Position numbers and translations under genes: made by a program. Below, piece after piece: positions 10,682 through 20,583 of a DNA stretch of 64,000 nt (positions are counted from its first letter, which is position 1; each line of letters opens with the position of its first letter). A model generated the notes under the pieces. The model saw only the letters and a program-made list of their open reading frames with translations, was not told the origin of the DNA and ran no database searches. Location of the stretch: the NCBI GenBank assembly GCA_963833985.1, contig CAWIAD010000002.1, positions 2,944,001 to 3,008,000 of the forward strand, written 5' to 3'. Source of the DNA: an uncultured Planctomycetaceae bacterium. Lineage in GTDB: Bacteria > Planctomycetota > Planctomycetia > Isosphaerales > Isosphaeraceae.

Positions 10682-11590
10682 TCAGGACATCTGGAGCACC
10701 TGGTTCATCCGCCGGACAACGTCTTTCATCGTCGCCAGGTCGCCCAGGCCGACCTCGGCCGTGATCCAGCCTTCATAGCCGATGTCCACGAGCGCCTGGT
10801 GGACAGCCTGCCAGTCGATCTCGCCTTCGCCCAGCTTGTAATCGAAGCGTCTGGGCTTGGCGTACTCCTTGATGTGGATCTTGAGGATGCGCTTGCCCAG
10901 CTCGCGGATCCACTCCTCGGGGTAACCGTACTCGACAACGTTGCCGACGTCGAAGTACGCGCCGACGGTGGGTGTACCGAACTCGTCGATGTAACGCGTG
11001 AACTCGACGGGGCTGAGCAGGAACCGGTTCCACACCTCCTCGATCGCGATTTTCACACCGGCGGCTTCAGCCAGGGGAATCAGCTTGCGGATATTCTGCT
11101 GCGAACGGGTGTAGGCGTCGCGGTAGGAGACCTTCCGGTTCACGACGGCTGGCACCACCAGGACCGTGGTCCCACCGTAGGCCTTGCAATCCTGAAACGC
11201 TTGCTCGATGGCGGCCATGCCCCGTTCGACGACCCGGGGGTCAGGGTCAGAGAGCGGTTCCCGCCAGTGCCTGGAGCCGCTCACGCCGTGAATGACCAGG
11301 CCCGTCTTCTCACGCGCGGCGAGGACTTCCTTGATGTCGAGCTGGTTGGGGCTGAGCAGTTCCACGCCCTGGAACCCGGCCTCCTTGAGGAGCTGGAAGG
11401 CAGGCAGGACGGGTCCCTTCGAGACATCACCAAGCATGAACGCCTTGTGCCAGCGGCCGCCACCGGGACTGGAGGCCGGCTGAACCCCGGGACTGGAGGC
11501 CGGCTGAGCCCGAAGGATTCCAGGCAGCAGAGCGCCCGTCACGACGGCGGCGCCTGCATTCACGAACGACCTGCGGTCGATGCCGACCAT
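10682..11590 (-). CDS. Sugar-phosphate isomerase/epimerase (xylose-isomerase-like TIM barrel), Tat-exported
   Basis: DRRSFV Tat motif; IAIEEVWNRFL, YFDVGN, IHIKEY, WITAEV metal-ligand motifs. Confidence 0.85.
   Translation of the reverse strand: MVGIDRRSFVNAGAAVVTGALLPGILRAQPASSPGVQPASSPGGGRWHKAFMLGDVSKGPVLPAFQLLKEAGFQGVELLSPNQLDIKEVLAAREKTGLVIHGVSGSRHWREPLSDPDPRVVERGMAAIEQAFQDCKAYGGTTVLVVPAVVNRKVSYRDAYTRSQQNIRKLIPLAEAAGVKIAIEEVWNRFLLSPVEFTRYIDEFGTPTVGAYFDVGNVVEYGYPEEWIRELGKRILKIHIKEYAKPRRFDYKLGEGEIDWQAVHQALVDIGYEGWITAEVGLGDLATMKDVVRRMNQVLQMS
11463..11507. repeat. In-frame tandem duplication (21-bp unit, 24-bp period) encoding QPASSPG twice
   Basis: ccgggactggaggccggctga at 11463-11483 and 11487-11507. 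Confidence 0.85.
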
Positions 11591-11629
11591 GTTCCTGCCC
11601 TCGAAGAAGAATTCCGTGTCGGTACTAAT

Positions 11630-13120
11630 TCAGTTCAGCGATTCGGCGAGCATGGCCTCGAGCAGCTCGCCGACCACGGCCGGGTTGGCCTTGCCGCCGG
11701 TCTGCTTCATCACCTGGCCACGGAGGAAACCCTTCACGGCCTCGGGCTTCTTCTTGCCGCGCCTGAGGTCCTCGATCGCCTGCGGATTGGCGGCGATGGC
11801 GGCCGCCACGGCCCTGGTAATCTGGTCACGATCAGAGACCATGCGGTAGCCGCCCATCTCGATGATGATCTCGGCCGGATCGCCGGTCTCGATCATGCGG
11901 CCCAGGACCTCGCGCCCCTGGTTGGTATTCAGCTCGCCCCGCTTCACGCGGTTGATCAGGTCGGCAAGGCCCTCGGGGTTCACGGGAAAGTCAGCCACCG
12001 CCAGCTTCTTCTCCTTGATGGTGCGAAGCACGTCTTGCTGGATCCAGTTGCTGGCGAGCTTGTACTCGCCGGTGGCGCTGGCGACCGCATCATAGTAGTC
12101 TGCCACGTCCTCCCCCTGCTCGACGAGCACGTTGGCGTCATAAGGAGAGAGCCCGTATGCCGACTCGAAGCGATCCCGCCGCGCCGCGGGCAGCTCGCCG
12201 ATCGACGAGCGGATCTGATCAAGCCAGGCCGATTCAGGGACGACCGGAACCAGGTCCGGCTCCGGGAAATAGCGGTAATCCGCCACGCTCTCCTTCTCGC
12301 GCTGGGGCTTGGTGACCTCCTCGACGTCGTTCCAGCCGCGGGTCGTCTTGGCAGCGTCCTTGATTGTCAGCCCATCTTCCCGCCACTTCGCATATTGCCG
12401 CTCCACCTCGTAGTGGAGCGCCTTCTCCACGGCCCGAAAGCTATTCAGGTTCTTGATCTCCACAATTGGCGTGGCGATCTTGCCGCCGTCCTGGTGGATG
12501 TGCAGGTTGACGTTGGCGTCGCACCGCAGCGACCCCTCCTGCATCTCGCAATCGGAGACGGCCAGGTAGCGCAGGGTGAGCCGCAGCTCTTCAAGGCAGC
12601 CGCGGGCGTCGGCCGGGCTGCGGAGATCCGGCTCGGTGACAATCTCCAAGAGCGGAATGCCGGCGCGGTTCAGGTCGACCTCTGAAAGCCCGCCCGCGGC
12701 ATGCATGAGCTTGCCGGTGTCTTCCTCCAGGTGGATGCGCGTCAGCCCGCAACGGCCGCCCCCGCCGCCGTCCTTGCGAAGGGGAATCGGGATGGAGCCT
12801 CCGCGCGAGAATGGCAGGTCATACTGGCTGATCTGGTAGTTCTTGGGCAGGTCGGGATAGTAGTAGTTCTTGCGGTCCCACTTGGTGAACGGGGCGATCT
12901 CGGCCCCCAGCGCGATGGCCGTCTTGAGCGCCAGCTCGAAGGCCTTGCGGTTCATGACCGGCAAGCTTCCCGGCAGCCCCAGCGAGACTGGATCGCACTG
13001 CGTATTCGGCGGCAGCCCGAACTCGGTGCCGCACCACGAGAACATCTTGCTCTCGGTCTGGAGCTGTACGTGAATCTCGAGGCCGATGATGACGTCGTAG
13101 GAATGGTCCATGTCGCTCAA
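11630..13120 (-). CDS. gatB: Asp/Glu-tRNA amidotransferase subunit B
   Basis: IIGLEIHVQL, DRKNYYYPDLPKNYQISQ, LEEDTGK, DYRYFPEPDL (ATG alternative start 13111). Confidence 0.97.
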   Translation of the reverse strand: MSDMDHSYDVIIGLEIHVQLQTESKMFSWCGTEFGLPPNTQCDPVSLGLPGSLPVMNRKAFELALKTAIALGAEIAPFTKWDRKNYYYPDLPKNYQISQYDLPFSRGGSIPIPLRKDGGGGGRCGLTRIHLEEDTGKLMHAAGGLSEVDLNRAGIPLLEIVTEPDLRSPADARGCLEELRLTLRYLAVSDCEMQEGSLRCDANVNLHIHQDGGKIATPIVEIKNLNSFRAVEKALHYEVERQYAKWREDGLTIKDAAKTTRGWNDVEEVTKPQREKESVADYRYFPEPDLVPVVPESAWLDQIRSSIGELPAARRDRFESAYGLSPYDANVLVEQGEDVADYYDAVASATGEYKLASNWIQQDVLRTIKEKKLAVADFPVNPEGLADLINRVKRGELNTNQGREVLGRMIETGDPAEIIIEMGGYRMVSDRDQITRAVAAAIAANPQAIEDLRRGKKKPEAVKGFLRGQVMKQTGGKANPAVVGELLEAMLAESLN

Positions 13121-13126
13121 CTCGGG

Positions 13127-13510
13127 TTAGTTCTTCGCGGCCTGCGCGGGAGAGATTGTCCAGAACTCCTCGAAGTCCGTTGGAAACTGCTCGTAACCGG
13201 GTCCGATAGCGCCCAGACCACCGCGGTCAACCTCAGCCTTGCCCCGCACAACCAGGGAGACGTATCTGAGGATTTCCGGATCGTCCTTGAAGCGATCAAT
13301 AAGATATTTCCAGACATCGACGTGGCGTCCCCGTTCGTCTTTCGCATCAAAGCCCTTTGCGACGAACACGAAGCTGACGACGTCCCATTCCGCGTCAATC
13401 GAATAATAGATCCAGTACTCCCCTTCAGACCACTTATGGTCTTTCGCATATTGCGTGAGTGCGAAGGAGATCTCGCCAACAACTCTCTTCAGGACTGTCT
13501 TTGGATCCAC
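13127..13510 (-). CDS. Hypothetical protein, possible degenerate minimal nucleotidyltransferase/antitoxin partner of HEPN
   Basis: Start overlaps HEPN gene 3' end by 22 nt; VSFVFVAKGFDAKDERGR resembles the MNT beta-strand/helix region but lacks GS...DxD; visibly lower GC. Confidence 0.55.
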   Translation of the reverse strand: MDPKTVLKRVVGEISFALTQYAKDHKWSEGEYWIYYSIDAEWDVVSFVFVAKGFDAKDERGRHVDVWKYLIDRFKDDPEILRYVSLVVRGKAEVDRGGLGAIGPGYEQFPTDFEEFWTISPAQAAKN

Positions 13511-13938
13511 CGTATGAGCCCTTCATTCTCATCATTCAGGCGGACGAGGAATGTCTCCGCGCTTTCCTGGGTCCATCTGGAGTCGGGTGAATACCGTAAC
13601 GCCTCAAGCTTCTTGGATACATCCCAGACACTCAACCAATTCAGGCCGGTGGCCGTCTGCTTGAACTCAGGATCGTCGATCGTCTGTCGCAGGCCCGCGC
13701 ACGTCGCAAGGCCCTGGAGATCATGAATCTCGAAGACTCTGGGAAGTTGCTCAAGATTTAGAATTGTGCAGATCCTCGTTTTCAAGAGGATTTCCAGAGC
13801 ATAGAGACCCGCGGCGATGGCTGCCGCGTGCCGACCGGAGTTCAGCAACGAATTGGCATCGGCCAGACGATCCTGCCATGCCGCGTTCAGATCCGCCAAT
13901 GAGGCGCCGAGCGAGTAGAATCTGGCAACTTCCGCCAT
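13489..13938 (-). CDS. HEPN domain-containing protein
   Basis: DRLADANSLLNSGRH...ALEILLK...IHDLQGL...LRYSP...AETFL pattern; ATG overlaps gatA stop (TAATG). Confidence 0.8.
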   Translation of the reverse strand: MAEVARFYSLGASLADLNAAWQDRLADANSLLNSGRHAAAIAAGLYALEILLKTRICTILNLEQLPRVFEIHDLQGLATCAGLRQTIDDPEFKQTATGLNWLSVWDVSKKLEALRYSPDSRWTQESAETFLVRLNDENEGLIRWIQRQS

Positions 13939-15431
13939 TATACCAGTCCCGGCCGCTTCAGGTGCCAGTCGGTGGCACGCTCGAAGACCCGGGCGATGCG
14001 CAGCAGTTTCTCCTCCGCGAAGGCCGGCGCCAGGAGCTGCAACCCGATCGGCAGGCCCGACTTCGTCATCCCGCAGGGGATGCTGATGCCGGGAATGCCC
14101 GCCAGGTTGGCCGTGATCGTGTAGATGTCCGAAAGATACATGGCCAGCGGGTTGGCCGTCCGCTCGCCCAGCTTGAACGCCGCGGTGGGCGAGGTCGGGC
14201 CAAGCAGCACGTCCACGTCGCGGAACGCCGTGTCAAAGTCGTTGCGAATCAGCCGCCGGACCTTGAGTGCCTGGTTGTAGTACTGGTCGGCGTAGCCTGC
14301 CGAAAGGACGAAGGTCCCCAGCATGATCCGCCGCTTCACCTCGGCGCCGAAACCCTCGGCCCGGCTGACCATCATCATCCGCAGGAGCGGGGCGATATTC
14401 TCCTCACCGGGATAAATCGGCGAGAAGTCCGCCGCACGGTGCCCGTAGATGGTGCCGTCGTAACGGGCCAGGTTGCTCGAACATTCGGCCGGAGCGACGA
14501 TGTAATAGGCGGCAATGCCCGCCTTCGAATGCGGCAGTGACACCTCCTTGATGGTGGCCCCCGCCTGCTCGTAAACCCGGATCGCCTCGCGGACGGCGGT
14601 CTCGACCTCGGCATCCAGCCCCTCGCCGAAGAACTCGGGGACCACGCCGATGCGCAGCGATTCCGGAGGAGTGTCAAGCGTGGCGGGGTAGTCGGGCACC
14701 GCGTCATCCACACTCGTCGAATCGAGGGGGTCGTGTCCGGAGATGGCCTGCAAGATCAGCGCGGTGTCGGCCAAATCATGAGCGAACGGGCCGATCTGGT
14801 CGAGCGAGCTGGCGAAAGCGATGAGCCCGTAGCGGCTGACGCGGCCGTAGGTCGGCTTGAGCCCGACGATGCCGCAGACCGCGGCCGGCTGGCGGATGGA
14901 CCCTCCCGTATCGGACCCCAGCGCGATCGGTGCCAGCGAACCGGCCACCGCGGCCGCCGAACCGCCCGAGGAGCCGCCGGGCACGCGGGCCTCGTCCCAC
15001 GGGTTGAGCGTCGGCCCGTACGCGCTGTTCTCGGTGGACGAGCCCATGGCGAACTCATCCATGTTCGTCTTGCCGAAGAGGATGGCGCCGGCGTTCTTGA
15101 GCCGGCGGATGACCGTGGCGTCATAGGGTGGACGAAACGATTGGAGCATCCGGCTGCCGCAGGTCGTGGGCTCGCCTTGCACGCAGATCAGGTCCTTGAT
15201 GGCCACGGGAACGCCCGCCAGAGGGCCCAGGGCCTCACCGGACTGCCGGCGCCTGTCGACGTCCCGGGCCTGGTCAAGAATTCGCTCGGCATCAAGCTGA
15301 ACGAAAACGTTCAGCCGCCCGAGCCGCTCCGCGCGATCGAGCAATCCGCTGACGATCTCCTCGGAGCGGATGGTTCCCTTCTGCAAGCCGGCAGCCAGGG
15401 CCGTCGCCGTCGCCGTGACGCTGTCCATCAA
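13938..15431 (-). CDS. gatA: Asp/Glu-tRNA amidotransferase subunit A
   Basis: Amidase signature GKTNMDEFAMGSSTENS, PGGSSGGSAAAV, GSDTGGSIRQPA; SSNLARYDG; EVKRRIMLG. Confidence 0.97.
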   Translation of the reverse strand: MMDSVTATATALAAGLQKGTIRSEEIVSGLLDRAERLGRLNVFVQLDAERILDQARDVDRRRQSGEALGPLAGVPVAIKDLICVQGEPTTCGSRMLQSFRPPYDATVIRRLKNAGAILFGKTNMDEFAMGSSTENSAYGPTLNPWDEARVPGGSSGGSAAAVAGSLAPIALGSDTGGSIRQPAAVCGIVGLKPTYGRVSRYGLIAFASSLDQIGPFAHDLADTALILQAISGHDPLDSTSVDDAVPDYPATLDTPPESLRIGVVPEFFGEGLDAEVETAVREAIRVYEQAGATIKEVSLPHSKAGIAAYYIVAPAECSSNLARYDGTIYGHRAADFSPIYPGEENIAPLLRMMMVSRAEGFGAEVKRRIMLGTFVLSAGYADQYYNQALKVRRLIRNDFDTAFRDVDVLLGPTSPTAAFKLGERTANPLAMYLSDIYTITANLAGIPGISIPCGMTKSGLPIGLQLLAPAFAEEKLLRIARVFERATDWHLKRPGLV

Positions 15432-15452
15432 TCCGGATCCTCTTGCGGGTTC

Positions 15453-15740
15453 TCATTCCAGCACGGCCGGAACCAGGAAACAGTCCTGGTTCCGTTTCGG
15501 CGCGTTGGCGAGTGCCGCCTCGCGGGGCAGGGCCTCGCCGCGGATGTCCTCGCGAAACACGTTGCGCACCTCGATGCCGTGGGCCAGCGGCTCCACGCCG
15601 CTGGTGTCGAACTGCTGGAGCTGAGCCACGTAGTCCATGATCGAGTTGAGCTGACCGGTGAACATCTGGAGCTCATCCGGGCTGACGCGCAGCCGGGCCA
15701 GCAGCGCCACCTTCGCGACGTCCTCGGCGGATAGCGACAT
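15453..15740 (-). CDS. gatC: Asp/Glu-tRNA amidotransferase subunit C
   Basis: MSLSAEDVAKVALLARL...DTSGVEPLAH...NVFRED...ALANAP...FLVPAVL; ATG at 15740. Confidence 0.95.
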   Translation of the reverse strand: MSLSAEDVAKVALLARLRVSPDELQMFTGQLNSIMDYVAQLQQFDTSGVEPLAHGIEVRNVFREDIRGEALPREAALANAPKRNQDCFLVPAVLE

Positions 15741-16165
15741 GGGTTGATCGGTCCTCCCGCAAGCGGATCGAGCGGTTGCGATGGTCAGGGTCTCGAAGCC
15801 GCACGCGCACCAGGGCATTCGCGGCCAGAAGCCGCCAGTCTCCCAGATTCTCCCGGAGCCTTCAAGGTTCGCGCATTGCGAGGTTCCTCGCAAGCTCGCA
15901 GCGGAATCCGTCGCGGGTGGGGGAGAAACCTGTTCCCAGATCGGTGATGGTTATTCAGAGACGGTCGCTCACGCGATCGGACAGAACCAGCAGCCCCTCG
16001 TCGGGACGACCACCAGATTCACCTGGACGCCGGAGCACGGCAAGTGGCATCACAAGGGTACGCTCCGGGTCGGCCAGGCCACGCAGGAAACCGAGGAGAT
16101 CCTCGAACGCGCTCCGAATACTCAAGAGGAACAGGGGAACAAGCCGCGGAAACACGCCGTTTCGC

Positions 16166-17386
16166 CTAAATAACTCGCTTCGCGTGAGGAATCGCACGGA
16201 CCATCGCGGCCACCAGCCAGCAGAGAGGCACCGCGAACGCGGTCAGGATGGCGAATTTCAGGACGGCGATGGTATGCAGCCAGCGCAAGGCGTAGCCCAG
16301 GCCGACGAGTACCAGGGGATGGATGATGTAGACTGCATAGCAGTGCGCGGACATGAAGGAGGCGAGCGGTCCCTGGTGGTTCACTTTCTGATGGTACAGC
16401 ACGAGCAGGGCCACGATCACCCCGGCGGCGAAGAGCGACTCCCAGATCGCATAAGCGGACGGAGCCCAGGTGCGGGTGTTCGCCGCAAAGACGGTTCTGG
16501 CCAGGACGGCCACCAATGCGACCAACAGCGTTGCGACCAGGGCCTGCGCCAGTCCGTACCAGCCCGCCGACACGGGAAGGGCCTGCGCCCAGCCGCGCCG
16601 GCACGCGACGAGTCCGACGACGAAGAGGGTGGCGTACTGCGGCATGTACGCAGGCGTGGGCAGGCCCAGGATGGGCCAGAATTGTCCGGCGGGCACGACT
16701 GTGCGCCAGAGGCACGTGAGCAAGGCGAGCGTCAGCGAATAACCGAGAATGGCAGCCATGAAATGCCGGGCCGGCCGGGTGCGTGCGGCGGAGGCCGGAG
16801 GAGCGACGGCACACCGAGGCAGGAAACGGCGAGCCAGAGCATAGACGGCGCAGAACACCAAAAGGACTTCAACGAACCAGAGCGGCCCGGGATTCCACGA
16901 GCTGAGGTAGAACCGCCAGTAAGAAAGCTCGGCTCCCTTCGCCGCGGCCTCGGCACTCACGCTGGCGTACCTGCGAGCCTCGAGGACCGGCCGCAGCAGG
17001 AAGGCAAAGAGCGCCAGGGGGATGCCCAGACGGATGAGCCGGTCCCGCAGGAACTCCCGGCCGCCCTTGTGATCGTACGAGGTCGGGACGAAATAGCCTG
17101 AGAGCAGGAAGAAGAAGCCCATGAAGAACGACTGATCAAGGATCAGGAGGACGTCCAGGATCACGCTGGAGCGGTCCGTCGGCGGCTCGTTGTAGTACCA
17201 CAACGGGATGTCGCTGTAACCGACCGCGGCGTGGTGAACGACCACGAGCACGGTGAGCAGGATGCGCAGATTGTCGATATACGGGATCCGTTGCCGGGAG
17301 GTCCCACCACCCGCCGGCGCCGGGGTGGCGACGACGGCAATGCCCTCATCGACGGTCAGGGGCAACTCGCTGAGCTCGTTCATCAA
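16166..17386 (-). CDS. Acyltransferase family 3 (OpgC/MdoC-like) membrane protein
   Basis: YIDNLRILLTVLVVVHH, FMGFFFLLSGYF, RLIRLGIP, GPLWFV, YAVYIIHP; multiple TM segments. Confidence 0.88.
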   Translation of the reverse strand: MMNELSELPLTVDEGIAVVATPAPAGGGTSRQRIPYIDNLRILLTVLVVVHHAAVGYSDIPLWYYNEPPTDRSSVILDVLLILDQSFFMGFFFLLSGYFVPTSYDHKGGREFLRDRLIRLGIPLALFAFLLRPVLEARRYASVSAEAAAKGAELSYWRFYLSSWNPGPLWFVEVLLVFCAVYALARRFLPRCAVAPPASAARTRPARHFMAAILGYSLTLALLTCLWRTVVPAGQFWPILGLPTPAYMPQYATLFVVGLVACRRGWAQALPVSAGWYGLAQALVATLLVALVAVLARTVFAANTRTWAPSAYAIWESLFAAGVIVALLVLYHQKVNHQGPLASFMSAHCYAVYIIHPLVLVGLGYALRWLHTIAVLKFAILTAFAVPLCWLVAAMVRAIPHAKRVI

Positions 17387-17480
17387 GAGGCCTCCACCTG
17401 CGCACGTGGACCTGCTTGCTCGCGCCTCGGTCCACGCAGCAACCCTTGCACCTGACTTCAGGAAACGACGCTGAACTGTT

Positions 17481-18436
17481 TCAGATCACCGGGCCATTGA
17501 GCGGGTCGGCTCCGGTCGGATTCTGGCTGAGCGTCTGCTGTCGGAGCGCGGCGGCGCCAAGCAGGCCGCCCAGTCCCATGGATTCGACAGCCGTGCTGGG
17601 CACGAGCATCAGCGCACCCTTCTCCTTGAGCCCCTCGTAGAGGATGTTCATCGGCGCAGGTGGAGCGCGGTCGGATTGTGCTCGTACGACTTGGCGGCCT
17701 CGGAGAAGAGCTGGGCGATCTCCACCTCGGCCTGGCCGAGGATGATCCGCGCCTCCTTCTCACGCGCGGCCTGGGCCTCCCGCGACATGGCGTCCTGCAA
17801 GGACTCCGGGATCACCACGTCGCGCATCTCGACCGATTGCACGGTCACGCCCCAGGGGTTCGACCGCTCGTCGATCAGCTTCTGAAGCTGTGCCTCGATC
17901 TGCTCCCGCCCGCGCAGCAGCACGGTTAGCGGTGTGCGGCCAATGATGTCCCGAAGCGCCGTCTGCGCCGCCCAGCTCACAGCGAGCTTGTAATCCTGGA
18001 CCTCCAGCGCCGCCTTCTCGGGGTCGTACACCATCCAGAACATCACGGCGTCCACATTCACCGGCACGGTGTCCGAGGTGAGCGTCTGCTCGGCCGCGAA
18101 GCTGGTGGTGATGATCCGCTGATCGATCCAGGAATTGACCTGCTCGAAACCGGGGATGATCCAGAACAGTCCCGGCCCGTGCAAGCCGCTGTACTTGCCC
18201 AACCTCAGGACCACCGCCCGCTCCCACTCCTGGGCGACCTGGGGCCCGAGCGCCGCAATCCATCCCATGAGCCACCCCACGGCGATCGCCCAGCGATTGC
18301 CCCAGAACACGAAGATCTCGAACCCCAGGCCCGCGCCGGCGACAAGCAAGAGGAGCGCGATGACGTTGAACTGCGGCAGCCCGATCGAACCGCGACGCGT
18401 CCTCAGACCCTCGGCAATGCTTGTTCGGCTAGTCAT
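17481..18436 (-). CDS. SPFH/stomatin (slipin) family protein; one frameshift near 17652
   Basis: WERAVVLRLGK, QTALRDIIG, WGVTVQSVEMRDV, AQAAREKEARII; C-terminus MNILYEGLKEKGALMLVPS continues in another frame to TGA at 17481. Confidence 0.88.
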
Positions 18437-18824
18437 CGGATTGTCCCCGTTTCATGTCGATCCAGCGCACTTGCAGGAAGTTGATCGCTTCATCCGCCGA
18501 GAACCCCAGCGAGGCGGCACCCGCCAGGAAGCCATCCGCGAGCTCCACGAGCAGCCGTTCGCGATCCGGCACTGTGGGACCTCGAACCCCGTCCTGCCGG
18601 ATGAAAGTCCCCACTCCCCGCCGTGTTTCGAGCACGCCGCAGCGCTCCAGTTCGCCATAAACCTTCGCCACCGTGTTCGCATTGATCTTCAGATCCACCG
18701 CCAGTTGCCGCACCGTCGGCAGCTTGTCTCCCACTTCCAGCCGCCCGGTCGAGATCGCCACCCGGATCGCTCGATCGAGTTGGGCATACAACGGGGTCGG
18801 GTCGTTTTCATCGATCGCGAACAT
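18429..18824 (-). CDS. GntR family transcriptional regulator, YtrA subfamily
   Basis: PLYAQL...GDKLPTVRQLAVDLKINANTVAKVYGELE...RGVGTFI; short C-terminal domain. Confidence 0.9.
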   Translation of the reverse strand: MFAIDENDPTPLYAQLDRAIRVAISTGRLEVGDKLPTVRQLAVDLKINANTVAKVYGELERCGVLETRRGVGTFIRQDGVRGPTVPDRERLLVELADGFLAGAASLGFSADEAINFLQVRWIDMKRGQSDD

Positions 18825-18937
18825 GGCCGGATCAGATTCCTCGGTGCTTCGTCTATCCTGGTTGGTGATGCCGAACTCGATCGCGCAGGGAAGGACCGGC
18901 CTGGAGCGAATCGCGCACGTCGACCGAAGCGCCGTCA

Positions 18938-19969
18938 TCACGGTTTCGGCTCCGACAAGGCAAGGTCAATGAATCGGGGTAGCATCGCCGTCAGCTCGCT
19001 CGAGAACCTTCCGGGGGCGACGGGTTCAATTCGTCCGACGATGGGCCGGAATCGAGGGGCCTCGATCACAGCCTGGTCCGACACGAGCGAGTGACGGGCC
19101 CGTAATGCGGTCGTTCCCTCGCGACCGGTCAAGCGAATCAGGCTGTGCTGCTCGAGGGCCGGTTGCTCGCGGAAGGTGCCCACCCGCAGTCGTACCGCGA
19201 GCGCGACGTCCGCACGCGTCTCCGCAAGGATCCGCGCCTCGGCCATTGCCCGAGCCTGCCGGCTGCCTTGCAGGACGCTCAGGCCCGGCGCCGCAACGGT
19301 CCGTGTGTGCAGAACGGTTCCCGTATCGGTACCCAGTGGATTGAGCATCATCAGTGGCGACGACCTGGTCACGCTCTGCTTGGGCAGCTCACCATACCCG
19401 GGACTCGAATGCAATTCATCCGGAGAAACCACGACCAGCCCGCGCCCGCCGAGGTCTTGAACCAGGCTCTGGTAGAGATCGCCGGCCAGCGCTTGCTGTT
19501 GCTCCTGGGCCAGCCAGGAACTTCTCCGTCCAACGCCGATCAGCCTCATGACCAGGTGCACCGGATTAAGAGAGATCGGTGGCGGCCTGAGAATGAGCTG
19601 GCGCGGAGTGGGTAGTTGAAACTGGAAATCCACGAACTCCACGTCAAATTCCGTGACGACGACGCGCCGTCCCTTGCTGAGTGCGACTCGCGGATCTAAC
19701 TCACCGGAACATTTCCAGCAATCCGCCGGCAGCCCCGTTTGGTGAACGTGAGCCGGCACCTCGCAAGACACGGCCGCAGTCGAGGCATTCCCCATCATCT
19801 CCGAAGCGCGTCGAGGCGGACTGAAACAGCCCGGCACGAATGCCAGGATCAGTGGAACTGCCGCCCGGTGACATCGCAAACCAGAGCAGCCGCCTGCGCG
19901 GGCTCCGCGCGCGCGAGCGCCGGTCCCTCCATGTCTCCTGGTTGTGTCATTGAAATCTGATCGGCACAT
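18938..19969 (-). CDS. Hypothetical exported protein, possible lipoprotein
   Basis: ATG 19969 with GGGAGG RBS; hydrophobic stretch ending LAFVPGC; start uncertain. Confidence 0.5.
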   Translation of the reverse strand: MCRSDFNDTTRRHGGTGARARGARAGGCSGLRCHRAAVPLILAFVPGCFSPPRRASEMMGNASTAAVSCEVPAHVHQTGLPADCWKCSGELDPRVALSKGRRVVVTEFDVEFVDFQFQLPTPRQLILRPPPISLNPVHLVMRLIGVGRRSSWLAQEQQQALAGDLYQSLVQDLGGRGLVVVSPDELHSSPGYGELPKQSVTRSSPLMMLNPLGTDTGTVLHTRTVAAPGLSVLQGSRQARAMAEARILAETRADVALAVRLRVGTFREQPALEQHSLIRLTGREGTTALRARHSLVSDQAVIEAPRFRPIVGRIEPVAPGRFSSELTAMLPRFIDLALSEPKP

Positions 19970-20194
19970 GACGACCTCCCTGTGTGATTGTGCCATCCTG
20001 GCCATTTGTGCCCTTTGCGGCCCCGGAAACGGGTTTGTCGGCCGAGGGGCCGGTGAAAGCAAGCGTCTCCCCTTACAAAGACTCCGTAACAGGTGTTCTG
20101 AACCGGGCGCAGCAACATCCGCCAGGCCCCGCATTCCTGAAACGGATTCTCGCCTGGCCCTCACTTCAGAAATGGCAGAAGTCGTGGCTTGCCC

Positions 20195-20237
20195 ACTTGT
20201 CATATTAGAATAGTACAAGTCGGGGACAAGATGTCAA
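20195..20237 (-). promoter_or_regulatory. sigma70-type promoter (TTGACA-N16-TACTAT) overlapped by a 26-bp imperfect palindrome, candidate YtrA/GntR operator
   Basis: -35 at 20237-20232, -10 at 20215-20210; ACTTGTCATATTAGAATAGTACAAGT is 20/26 self-complementary and AT-rich within high-GC DNA. Confidence 0.7.
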
Positions 20238-20583
20238 GGGCCTGTGATCTCATTCTGAAACTTCGGCACCAGGGCTCTCTGCGGATGAATGGCCGCGTTT
20301 TCTCAGCATCATCCTCTTACGCCAGCAGGCGACGCCCTGCCGCCACCTTCCGCCTCGGTGGGACAATCAAGGAGCCGTAAGGTATCGCCAGGACTGCCGT
20401 GGTCAGAGTGTTGAGACGCTTATCGAGCGGGTCTTGGATTGCTGGTGGCCGGAATTTAACATGGGAGCCGCCGGCGGAGGCAGGGCTCGGGATCGAACTC
20501 GCGGAGCACGCAGCATGGGGCAACACCATCCGGTCGCTTTCTCTGGACAGAGCTGCTGGCCACGCATTCTCCCCGATGCGGCC

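Noticed and set aside
9404..12685. 1093-aa ORF on the + strand
   Set aside because: Antisense shadow of the sigma, epimerase and gatB genes; no motifs; long shadow ORFs are expected from high-GC codon bias
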